Of a stretch of DNA of 64,000 nt, positions 29,612 to 49,880 are shown piece after piece. The position numbers were made by a program, and so were the translations under genes. The DNA is from Eledone cirrhosa (taxonomy: Eukaryota), in NCBI GenBank assembly GCA_964016885.1, contig OZ024743.1:251038001-251102000 (forward strand). Reading direction: 5' to 3'. Position 1 is the stretch's first letter. Each line of letters starts with the position of its first letter. The notes below the pieces were generated by a model. That model made no database searches. It had not been told where the DNA came from and saw nothing but the letters and a program-made list of their open reading frames with translations.

Positions 29612-31741
29612 CTATCCGCTAGGGTATAACGTGGGGCTGTAATACAGGAAAATTTTGTGCAATTTATGTTTACAAGCCGAAATTGCCTCAGATTTTTTGT
29701 TTAAGATGTGGTCTGTAGCGTAGAGTATTTCCAGGGCCTCAGCGGCGCAGAGGTCACATGGTCTTTTATTTCCGTTATACGATCTAGCCCTAGCTAGGAT
29801 CTCCCAGTGTAACTTATATTGGGTGTGGTTGTCTTTTAGACTCCAGATATAAGCTGAAAGTGACGTCATATTCCTTCTTAGAGGGTAACGAAAAGAATGG
29901 GTATGCATGTAAAGACGCTGCTTGAAACTATTGGCGGTTAACCCTATGTAGGCCCTACGGGACGTGGGTGTTACAACCTTACAATTGTAGACAATGTTAC
30001 TAGAGAGGCATTTCCCGGATAGGGGGCAATCAGCCCGATTCCTACAATTACAGTTAGTACTACCTACAGGGTTGCACGTGTTCCTACGGCTAGGTAGTTT
30101 AGCTAAATTTGAAGCTGTGATGTTATGTGCAAGGTTAGGAGTCGTAGAGTAAGAAATTTTAATAGTATTTCTATTAAAAATTTTACTATATTTATGTGTA
30201 GGGGGGAAATGCTTCGTAATAAGGGAAAGAAAGATCTTAGCTAATGGTGTGGCCACCTCCATATTATATGGTGGGTTACACCAACAAATGCGACGGGATC
30301 TATTTCTTCTAGGTCTATTTTCGTACACTGTATATGCTACCTTATCGACAAATCCACTTCGAGCAAGAGCTTCATTGTAATAAGTGGAATGGTCGTTGAA
30401 AATGCGCTCGTTGGTGGAAAGACGGGAAAGCCTCAACGAAACGTTTCTTACCAGGTTCTTGGTTATGCTGGCAGGATGGTTGGAATGCTTACTTATGTAA
30501 TTAAGCGTATCATTCGGCTTTCTATACGGGTAATACAACCCATTCAATAAATTGAGGGTAACGTCGAGGTAATTAACGACCGAGAGATTGGCCTCAACCT
30601 GTATAGAGAGATTGAAGTCTTTAAAGAAAGCTGTGAGTTCTTTTCTGAACCTGTCGCAAGCACGAGGTCCGCACTTAGTCATGGTCAAAAGACCATCGTC
30701 ACGGTACAAACCACCACCCGCGTTGGGGAATTCGTCCTTGATAGAGAAAAGAAGGAAAAGGCCAATAAGATCAGTAACCTCCGCAGAATCACTGGCGCCC
30801 ATACTCATGTCGAATGGGGTACTATTGGATTTTTCAATCCAAATAGAGTCGTCGAAATTAATCACCGACTTTCGGGCATTAAGGATGACATCAACTTCAA
30901 AATCCTTAACCACTGTGAGTGTTTTAGCGAAATTGATAGCTCTAAGGAGAAGTGGTAAAGTGATGGAGGAGTAGTAATTGTTGATGTCGAATTGGATAAA
31001 ACGGCAATGTTCCTTGTTACATATGCCGTTGAACCAATCAATCACCGCGAAAGAATTGTTCCACAGTGCGAGAGGTGCCAAACTTCTTATTTCAGGTATA
31101 ATTCTATCAAGAATCGTTTTACTAAGTCTACCTAAATCGGACTTCGTAGGGTTAATAAGCCGAATAGAGGGGTTGTTCGGAAAATTGGATTTGTGGTCCT
31201 TCAGGGTAAAGTGGGGAGAGATAGGGTCCAGGGGTTCGGTCCGGTCCAGGATGTTGAGATCAGATGTGATTTTAAACCCAGCATCGTTGATTTCATTGAT
31301 GACGCACCGATTAGTTTTACGGTAATCCTTAGTTACAGCATTATGTAGTAGTTGATGGTAAGTACTGCGCTCCACTTAATATAGGTTGCCAGTTTTGTCG
31401 GAATGGATGTGCACGGTGTTAGAATCCTTAATAGAACGAATTCTATTCTTCAGGTCTTGCTGGAAGGAATTGCTCCTATTCCGAAATTTGATATTCCGAA
31501 TGAGTTCCAAGACATCATTTTCGAAGGGTAGCAATACTGGGTTCCACGGAGGGTTATTATAAGTTTTAAATCCAAATTTATCCTGTTTGTTGTCTGCTTT
31601 TCGCGGATTAACGAAATAAAAGGCACGCCAACGCAACCTTTTAATGAACGCGTCTGTTTTCTGTATCAGGAGTTTTAGGTATGTTTTCCTGCTTGGTACG
31701 GGTATGTTCTTTGTAGAAATATTCAGATGTTGTTTCTGCAT
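29612..31741 (-). pseudogene. PLE ORF (~709 codons: RT, Cys-rich linker, GIY-YIG) with a single in-frame TAA at 31376-31378
   Basis: ORFs 31376-31741 and 29612-31375 are contiguous and in frame (DKTGNLY*VERS); FDINNYYSSI, FDMSMGA, YRDDG, YLDVTL, CNCRNRADCPL, NIVY...YIGLT...FKQR motifs. Confidence 0.92.
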
Positions 31742-32027
31742 GATGAATATAAGTCAGTAGAGTGCTCAACCGAAGGAGCCAAGACTTAGTATATCTTATA
31801 GATTTCCTAAGGCAATTGTCATATTAAACGTAAACATTAGCTGCGAAAATATGAAATTCAAGTTTACAAGATTGGTTTTCACCGCTCCAATTAATGACGT
31901 ATTATTCGTTTTTTCCCGTTCTTTGCCAGCGAACGTTACCACGAACCAAAATATCGTCTTCCTGGTCTTCCTCCGGTTGCAACGTTTTTTGAAATATCCA
32001 GTTCTGCGTTTACAGATTGACTTTGTT

Positions 32028-32078
32028 AGTTTCAGAAGATCCCGTTAAGGGTGAAAGCAGCGATTCTTTGCTTAAACT
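32028..32078 (+). ncRNA. Hammerhead-like motif with CAGAAGA core in the inverted pLTR
   Basis: Identical fold to 28667-28717; three stems pair; CUU triplet. Confidence 0.55.
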
Positions 32079-32190
32079 TTAATCTGTTATTTTAATAAAT
32101 ATTTGCTCTACGGTTCTTATATATTTGATATATATTTATCATTATCTAGCCCTCTTTGGATTTTAGTCTTCATTTTATTATTATTACTAT

Positions 32191-34560
<2,370 letters not shown>

Positions 34561-35140
34561 TGTACGGCCACTACTTTATATCCATGTACTAGAACCCCTA
34601 CCGATGTGCTGAACGAGTGTGACTTTTTAGTCCAGCAGCGACTTGAAAACTCTGGTACAAACACTACACTTGTGACAATTATTGACACATAGTGCTGGGC
34701 CCATGGTACCATGTGACGACAAGTGCAGGGAGATCTCTAGATATAAAGCAATGCCTGTGCCGTGAAGCTTTTATAGTGAGCAAAGGCATTGCACAAAGCC
34801 AGTCCCACTCTCTTAACCAAGACGATATTTACCAAAAAGAAGAACAAGTCAACATCATTGGATACCATCAGGGTTGCAGGTGTTATATCAGAGTTTTCCT
34901 TCTCCTAGAATTCTGCCTTGACAAAAGCTAAGGGGTCATCTCTCCCGGTGATTTTGGATGGCCATTGACTCTTAAGAGCTCCTTTGCCCTTTGACAGGTT
35001 TTGTTTTTAGTCCTGAGGTTGTCCAAAGTCACCGTTCTCACGAAGAAACCTTGGTGGGGTTGCCAGTTTAGTCGCCAACGACCCGACCATGAGACAGGTT
35101 GTACTGGGATACATGTTACCAGTAACTGGTGACCTGACAT
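34561..35140 (-). mobile_element. Non-autonomous RTE-like LINE derivative, lacking the last ~25 nt
   Basis: Closely homologous to 40453-41060. Confidence 0.7.
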
Positions 35141-37887
<2,747 letters not shown>

Positions 37888-38087
37888 NNNNNNNNNNNNN
37901 NNNNNNNNNNNNNNNNNNNNNNNNNNNNNNNNNNNNNNNNNNNNNNNNNNNNNNNNNNNNNNNNNNNNNNNNNNNNNNNNNNNNNNNNNNNNNNNNNNNN
38001 NNNNNNNNNNNNNNNNNNNNNNNNNNNNNNNNNNNNNNNNNNNNNNNNNNNNNNNNNNNNNNNNNNNNNNNNNNNNNNNNNNNNNNN
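37888..38087. other. Assembly gap (200 N)
   Basis: Run of N. Confidence 0.99.
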
Positions 38088-38171
38088 AAACACACAGACA
38101 AACCGGTTTTTAGAGTCATGCTGGTTTTTGAGGGAACACCTTCCCTCTATTCTCCAGAAAGCCAGACAAGG

Positions 38172-38216
38172 AATATTGAACTAGTTTCGTTGTTGTTACA
38201 ACTCATCAGCAATATT
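38172..38216 (-). ncRNA. Canonical minimal type I hammerhead
   Basis: Reverse complement of 38548-38592. Confidence 0.9.
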
Positions 38217-38547
38217 TACCTATCTACCGGCCCTTCTGGAGAATTGTAAAAGCACATATGGTTATATGCTTTTTCTATGAAAATTAGTAGTGGGCAGACT
38301 AATTTGCATAGAGTGTGAGTACGCACCGGTTCAGCGGAGACGATAAAAACAAATAACGAAACGAAATGAAATTTCGTTTCGTTTGTAACTCACTTTTGTA
38401 TGACTGACGCTTAAACAATTAAGTTAAAAAATTACATCTACATATGCATACTGAAATACTAGTGTGTATATGAATACACACACGTATACATATGTATATG
38501 TAACAAGTCTTTCACAACAATTCTCCAGAAGGGCCGGTAGATAGGTA

Positions 38548-38592
38548 AATATTGCTGATGAGTTGTAACAACAACGAAACTAGTTCAATATT
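38548..38592 (+). ncRNA. Canonical minimal type I hammerhead
   Basis: aatattg-CTGATGA-gttgt aaca acaac-GAAA-ctag-TT-caatatt; 7-bp stem I, 5-bp stem II, palindromic ACTAGT, GUU triplet. Confidence 0.9.
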
Positions 38593-38887
38593 CCTTGTCT
38601 GGCTTTCTGGAGAATAGAGGGAAGGTGTTCCCTCAAAAACCAGCATGACTCTAAAAACCGGTTTGTCTGTGTGTTTACATACAGAATAGCTGGGTGCTCA
38701 CAGTAAAGCAACCAGTGAAAGACTTGTTACATATACATATGTATACGTGTGTGTATTCATATACACACTAGTATTTCAGTATGCATATGTAGATGTAATT
38801 TTTTAACTTAATTGTTTAAGCGTCAGTCATACAAAAGTGAGTTACAAACGAAACGAAATTTAATTTCGTTTCGTTATTTGTTTTTAT

Positions 38888-38920
38888 ATACATATATATA
38901 TTCACATATATATATACATA

Positions 38921-38958
<38 letters not shown>

Positions 38959-39130
38959 CATATATACATACATACATATATGTACATATATATATACATA
39001 CATACATGTATATACATACATACATATATGTACATATATATATACATACATACATGTATATACATACATACATATATGTACATATATATATACATACATA
39101 CATATATATACATACATACATATATGTACA

Positions 39131-39180
<50 letters not shown>

Positions 39181-39182
39181 CA

Positions 39183-39218
<36 letters not shown>

Positions 39219-39267
39219 CATATATATATACATACATATATATATATATACATATATATATACATAC

Positions 39268-39298
<31 letters not shown>

Positions 39299-39727
39299 CA
39301 TATATATATACATACATATATATATATATACATATATATATACATACATACATATATATACATATATATATATACATACATATATATACATATATATATA
39401 TACATACATATATATACATATATATATATACATACATATATATACATATATATATATACATACATATATATACATATATATATATACATACATATATATA
39501 TACATATATATATACATACATACATATATATATACATATATATATATACATACATACATATATATATACATATATATATATACATACATATATATATACA
39601 TATATATATATACATACATATATATATACATATATATATACATACATATATATATACATATATATATACATACATATATATATACATATATATATACATA
39701 CATATATATATATATATACAAATATAT

Positions 39728-39760
<33 letters not shown>

Positions 39761-39774
39761 CATACATACATATA

Positions 39775-39806
<32 letters not shown>

Positions 39807-40059
39807 CATATATATATACATACATATATATATACATACATATATATATATACATACATACATATATATACATACATACATACATATATATATACATACA
39901 TACATATATATATATATACATACATACATATATATATATATACATACATACATATATATATATATACATACATACATACATATATATATACATACATACA
40001 TACATATATATATACATACATACATATATATATATATACATACATACATATATATATAT

Positions 40060-40090
<31 letters not shown>

Positions 40091-40159
40091 CATACATACA
40101 TATATATACATATACATATATATATACATACATACATATATATACATATACATATATAT

Positions 40160-40192
<33 letters not shown>

Positions 40193-40273
40193 CATACATA
40201 CATATATATATATATACATATATATATACATACATACATATATATATACATATATATATACATACATACATAT

Positions 40274-40306
<33 letters not shown>

Positions 40307-40452
40307 CATACATATATATATATATATACATACATACATATATATATATATATACATATATACATATACTTACATACATATATATATATACATATATATA
40401 TACATACATACATATATATATATATACATATATATATACATACATATATATA
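38888..40452. repeat. Compound TA/TACA microsatellite
   Basis: Direct reading. Confidence 0.97.
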
Positions 40453-41060
40453 TGGTGGCTGCCAACTCGTTTTCGAGTACGGCCACTACTTTATATCCAT
40501 GTAGGAGAACCTCTACCAATGCGCTGAACGAATGTGACTTTTTAGTCCAGCCAGCGACTTGAAAACTCTGGTACAAACACTACACTTGTGACAATTATTG
40601 ACACATAGTGCTGGGCCCATGGTACCATGTGACGACAAGTGCAGAGAGATCTCCAGATATAAAGCAATGCCTGTGCTGTGAAGCTTTTATAGTGAGCAAA
40701 GGCACTGCACAAAGCCAGTCCCACTCTCTTAACCAAGATGATATTTACCAAAAAGAAGAACAATTCAACATCATTGGATACCATCAGGGTTGCAGGTGTT
40801 ATATCAGAGTTTTCCTTCTCCTAGAATTCTGCCTTGACAAAGGCTAAGGGGTCATCTCTCCCGGTGATTTTGGATGGCATTGACTTTAAGAGCTCCTTTA
40901 CCCTTTGACAGGTTTTGTTTTTAGTCCTGCAGGATGTCCAAAGTCACCCTCCTCACCAAGAAACCTTGGTGGGGTTGCCAGTTTAATCGCCAACGACCCG
41001 ACCATGAGACAGGTTGTACTGGGATACATGTTACCAGTAGCACCAACTGGTGACCTGACA
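40453..41060 (-). mobile_element. ~600-bp non-autonomous RTE-like LINE derivative (putative 5' region joined to the ORF 3' end and tail)
   Basis: Minus strand ends with a C2H2 remnant [22 protein letters not shown], typical of RTE/BovB-type C-termini, then hairpin gtggc..actcg-aaaa-cgagt..gccac and (TA)n. Confidence 0.7.
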
Positions 41061-44476
<3,416 letters not shown>

Positions 44477-45480
44477 CCTATGATGTTATCATATGAGTGC
44501 AAAAGACTTGCTGTTACTTACATCTGGTGATAATCAAAGAATAAAAGACCAATTGTAACTAAACAGTTTCATAATGGGAACCACCCATACTATCATTCCA
44601 TTGTGTCATATTCCATCATTTACATCTGAGGCGGCAATTCTCACAGGGCTGTTCCATGACATCTTCCATATTTATGTAATTATCCAGAAATACAAGGATG
44701 TTATTCTAACAATCTTGAACTTGTTGATGCTATATCGTAATAAACAGCAAGGAGTCTTAGGGGAGGCTTGTAAAGTTTTCATAACACAATGTATATGTGT
44801 GTTCTGTATATATATACATGTCTTGCAAGCGTTTGAAGTTTTGAACACTGAATTGTTTTGGTAGTTGACCCACCGTTCAAAAGATGACGTCACTGATCAA
44901 AGTCTCGTTGTAGACTCAATGTAATTATCGCTTTGTTTCCGTGGCGTCACAATATTGATTATGGCTACTCCAATGTTTCCCCGTGTTCGTTGTGTTATAC
45001 TGAGTTATATCAACATGGCTTACAAACGTAAGTAGTGAGGATACTAGCAAGTCATACATAATACCTTGGAATCCAAAGTAGACATGGACATCATAAAACA
45101 AAATGAGATATGTAAGAAATGGTGTACCTAGCAGGTGTAGCATGTTGATAGACAAATATGGTATTATGAAGCATCGGGAAATTTTTGTACCAATATATTC
45201 TACAATATTTATTAAAAAAACGAAGTGTAGTGTGGGGAAAATGTAAGAAAGTTGCGAGTTTGTTGACAAACGGTCAGTATTAACACAGTTCTTCTATAAG
45301 ACTTTATTTAATTCAGTGAAAGAACGATGTAACTTTCTTTCGAAGATTTAAAGACCAAAGATGGCGAATCTGTTGTTGAAGAAAGTATTTTATTGTTAGC
45401 CTTGGTCCATTCAATATATTAAAGACTCACTCAAACTGACCTGGTCGTGTTAGTGGAGTGTTCCTATATTATTATTGGAA

Positions 45481-45580
45481 ATGATTACCTTGGAAGGAGA
45501 ATACTTTCCTGAACAGGTGTTTAATGGGGAACAGACAGTTCTATATAAAAGAGAAAATGCTTGAATGGACATAGATTTAT
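45481..45580 (+). mobile_element. Decayed pogo/Tigger transposase fragment
   Basis: Translates EGEYFPEQVFNGEQTVLY..KMLEWT, resembling the Tigger motif GYxPEQVFNxDETGLFWKKMPxRT. Confidence 0.55.
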
Positions 45581-46019
45581 ATATATTCTAACAACCCTAC
45601 AAGCAACGCCTGTTTCAATAATTAAGACAGTGTCAGCAATCAAGTAAGTGTAGTTATTTTGAATTATGCTTGTTAGATGTACTTAAAATAAATTGTATTC
45701 ACTGTTGTGTAAATAACATTACAAATGCGTAAATAACATTATGAATTGCTCGCAATTTGTTCAGAATAACTTACAAATATAATGTCGTTGATAAACACAT
45801 ATATTTGTGTTTATCAACGACATTATAATTATAATGTTCTTCTGAACGAATTGCAAGCATGTTAGATTATAAGCTGCTCCCACTCTGGTAATTTGACTAT
45901 TAGAATTAGTTAAATAAGCTTGGCCTATAAGCCCCTGAAGATGAAAAGACTGGACAGTCTTGCCAGTATGATTCGAACTTACAACTAGCCGATACATAAA
46001 AATTAAAATTATGGGTGTG

Positions 46020-46100
46020 TGGGTAGTCCATTTTGGTGTAATTGTAAGACAGTTATCTGACATACAACAGTTGTGAGTTCGAATCTCACAGGCGATACTG
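46020..46100 (+). mobile_element. tRNA-like SINE head remnant
   Basis: A-box-like tggtgtaattgt and B box gagttcgaatc at normal spacing. Confidence 0.45.
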
Positions 46101-46233
46101 ACAGCTTTTCCTGTCCAACGTGTTCGATTAATTTTCATAGTCAAAAACTAATATATATTAAACATTTGCACAGCAGTTCATAATTACGTATGATTTTGTT
46201 TACATGTATGACTATTAACATTATTAGATAATA

Positions 46234-46597
46234 CTAGACCACCCATGACCATTGGGTCGCGTTCTTTTAAAAATATTTTTAAAAAATCATGATCACTTAA
46301 AAATAATTTTTAAATGATTAAAATATATACAGACATGTATGTAATGTAAAATGACATTTTCAATCTACTCTCTCACAACCACTATCTCTTTCTCTCTATC
46401 TTTCTCTACACGAAGGTACACGGAAAAACAACGTATTTCAGGAACCCGTGCTCCGATTTACGCAAAATTTGTTTTTTTCTATTTGTTATCCCATTTTAGG
46501 AGCAACTTCCTTTCAAAGTATTTTCCCCTTTTGCGCCGTTTTGGCTGTATCAAATTACAGACAAGCACATAATCACAGAGTTTTAGTAGTATATAGA
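46234..46597 (-). mobile_element. Complete 364-bp non-autonomous Helitron
   Basis: Minus strand: A|TCTATATACTACTAAAA ... accca-atggtca-tgggt hairpin, ggtCTAG|T; second partial copy at 48885-49109. Confidence 0.8.
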
Positions 46598-46824
46598 TAG
46601 AGAGATAGATATTTTCAAAATAAACAAACACCACACTCCAACCACCACCGACCTCAACACTACCACTACCTCCAACCTCCCCCACAACATATTTTAAACT
46701 CCTGTCAAATAATTCAACAAAAGCACACCACAACAAAAAAGAAAGCTCCCCCCCCCCCACATCCCAGGGGTTCAAAAGGTGGGAGAGGGGGATGAAGACA
46801 TTTGTTGTTTCAAAGTAAAAAATA

Positions 46825-47750
46825 TTGTAGTGGAATATAGAGAGGAGAGAGAATTTGGTGGTCTAGTGAGAGAGATTGAGGTATGTAGTGGAATATAGTG
46901 AGGGGGAGAAAATGTGGTGTTCTAGTGAGAGAGGGGGGATTGTGAGTGTGAGTGAGGTATGTAATGGAATATAGTGAGCGGGATAGTATTAGTTGCTTTA
47001 GTGAGAGAGGGGGAGTTAAGAGAGTGAAAGATAGTGAGTATGTAGTGGAATAGAGAGAGGGGGAGAGAATCTGGAGGTCTAATGAGAGAGAGTGAGGTAT
47101 GTACTGGGATATAGAAAGGGGTGAGAGTATATTAGGCTAGTGAGAGAGGGGGAGTTAAGAGTAAATGAGTGAGGTACGTAGTGGAATATAAAGAGGGGAT
47201 AGAATTTGGTGGTCTAGTGAGAGAGTGACGTATGGAGTAGGATATAGAGAGGGGAAGATTCATAGGTGGTCTAGTGAGAGAGTATGTGCTATGTAGTGGT
47301 ATATAGAGAGGGCTGAGAGTTTATTGGCCTAGTGAGAGAGGGGGAATTCTGAGATAGTGGGATATAGAGAGAGTGGGATAATTTGTTTGTTTTGATGAGA
47401 GAGGGGGATTAAGAGAGTGAGGTATGAAGTGGAATATAGAGAGGGGAAGATAATCTGGTGATCTAGTTTGAGAGAGGGTAATTGTGAGAAAGTGAGGTAT
47501 GTTGTGAGATATAGAGAGTGATAGAGAGTTTGGTGGTTTAGTGAGAAAGGGGAAATTGTGAGAATGACAGAGAGTGGGGTATGTAGTGTGATAGAGAGAG
47601 AGAGGGGAAGTGTTTTGTGGTTGAGTGAGGGAAGGGGAATTGAGAGAATCAGTTATGTAGTCGGATATAGAGAGGGGGACATAGTTTGGTGGTTTAGTGA
47701 GAGGGAGGATATTGGTTTAGTGAGAGATTGAGGCATGTAGCGGTATGTAG
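46825..47750. repeat. Degenerate purine-rich minisatellite, units ~50-65 bp
   Basis: Recurrent gaggtatgtagtggaatatagagaggg...ggtggtctagtgagaga. Confidence 0.85.
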
Positions 47751-48099
47751 AGTGTGTATATATATATATGTTGTTGTGTGTGTGTTTATATATGTCTGCT
47801 TATTTATATGTATGTATCTGTGTGTGTGTTTGTTTATATATGTTGGTGTGTTTGTTTATATATGTTGGTGTGTGTGTTTATATATGTGTGTGTGTGCGTT
47901 TATATGTATGTGTGTCCATGTATATATATATATATAAATATATATATATATAAATATATATATATATAAATATATATATATATAAATATATATATATATA
48001 AATATATATATATATAAATATATATATATATAAATATATATATATATAAATATATATATATATAAATATATATATATATAAATATATATATATATAAAT

Positions 48100-48290
<191 letters not shown>

Positions 48291-48445
48291 CATACATACA
48301 TACATACATATACATACATATATATATATACACATACAGGGTGTCGCAAAGAAATTTATATAAACTGATTAGAATGGTATTGAAATCTGCATACATTCTT
48401 TGGGACACCCTCTTTATATATATATATATATATATGAGTGTGTAA

Positions 48446-48497
<52 letters not shown>

Positions 48498-48580
48498 AGA
48501 GTCGGCCTAGATCGATACAGATCGAATTTTGAGCTGATCAATGGCGAAATGAGCGTCACTACTCAATAAACGTAATGATG

Positions 48581-48628
<48 letters not shown>

Positions 48629-48884
48629 ATACATTGTCTGTATATACACACACACTTAGAAACCCTTCTTACTTGGCTGGGAATATTCGCTACACACATC
48701 CTCTCCTAACAAGTTATATGATACATATGACTTAATATTCAGTAACCAAATTCGAGTTAGATACAGTAATGCAATATTCGATTCTTTGAAGTCACTCGTT
48801 ATAATTTCATTGAAGAACACCACCAGCTCTCTCTTCCCTTTTCCTTCTCTGTCTCTTTTGCTCTCTCCATGTATCTCTTTCAAT

Positions 48885-49109
48885 CTACCCTCTCACAATC
48901 ATTATCTCTTTCTCTTTGTTTATGAAGGTATCCGAAAAAAAACCATAACTCGGGAACCCCGGCTCTGATTTACGCAAAACTACTTTTATTCCATTTGTAT
49001 TCCCATATCAGGGGCAAAGTCCTTTCAAAGTATTTTCCCATTATGCGCCGTTTTGGCTGTATTACATTACAGGCAATCACAGAACCACAGAGTTTTAGTA
49101 GTATATAGA
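48885..49109 (-). mobile_element. Helitron 5' fragment
   Basis: Homologous to 46370-46597, including the TC start. Confidence 0.7.
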
Positions 49110-49126
49110 CCGATAGATTATGTAAG

Positions 49127-49159
<33 letters not shown>

Positions 49160-49161
<2 letters not shown>

Positions 49162-49880
49162 TGAGTAGAATTGAGTGCTGCGTGGTTGCACATGGGTTAC
49201 ATATGAAAAAAATTAGTCCTTCATCAGTGATTTTCAAACTATCATCGGTATTACATCGCTTTGAAAATCATATACCTCTAGTTGGTGCGAGCAATAACTA
49301 AATAAAGCTATTGGGACAAGTAATATCGCGTAAAGCGAGCGAGACAAGTAAACAAACAAAATGGTATAGCAACGGAAAGATAGGAAGAAACAAGCACATG
49401 ATATCTATTCAGCTTAAGCTGGGTGAATTTCATGGGCGAGAGAGAAATACAGACCGTCTGATGTGGGTGAGGTGTGAGTGAGAAAGGACCCTACACAGGC
49501 CAAACGGGAGGAAGTGAGAGGGGGAGAAGCAGAGAGTCAGTGAGTGGAAGTGCGAGGAAGAGGCCAGTCGAGAGAAAGTGTGACTGACAGAGGGGCGAAA
49601 GAAGGTGAGAGATACAGAGAGAGGGGGGGAGTAGTAAGAGAGAAACAGACAAACGCAGCTGGGGAAAAATATATATAAAAATATGAGAAGAATTGAGTGC
49701 TGCGTGGTTGCACATGGGTTACATATAAAAAAAATTAGTCCTTCATCAGTGATTTGCCAACTATCATCGGTATTTCATCGCTTTGAAAATCATATACCTC
49801 AAGTTGGTGAGAGCAATAACTAAATAAAGCTATTGGGACAAGTAATATCGCGTAAAGCGAGCAAGACAAGTAAACAAACA
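49160..49880. mobile_element. ~520-bp non-coding unit plus ~200-bp direct redundancy (1.4-mer)
   Basis: 49160 onward repeats at 49681; homologous to 4712-5243. Confidence 0.75.

Larger units (their letters stand above)
28645..32190 (-). mobile_element. Near full-length Penelope-like element, family B (possibly Nematis-like; clade assignment is inference), with 3' pLTR and inverted 5' pLTR (31871-32190)
   Basis: Single RT-GIY-YIG ORF; 31871-32100 is the reverse complement of 28645-28872; both ends abut (AT)n. Confidence 0.93.
38088..38887. mobile_element. Divergent pair of circularly permuted copies of a ~465-nt HHR-bearing non-coding unit (family D)
   Basis: 38088-38247 is the reverse complement of ~38517-38676; 38344-38514 is the reverse complement of ~38716-38887. 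Confidence 0.85.

Noticed and set aside
31376-31378. Selenocysteine or programmed readthrough in the PLE ORF
   Set aside because: The codon is TAA, not TGA; simple nonsense mutation or sequencing error is more likely.
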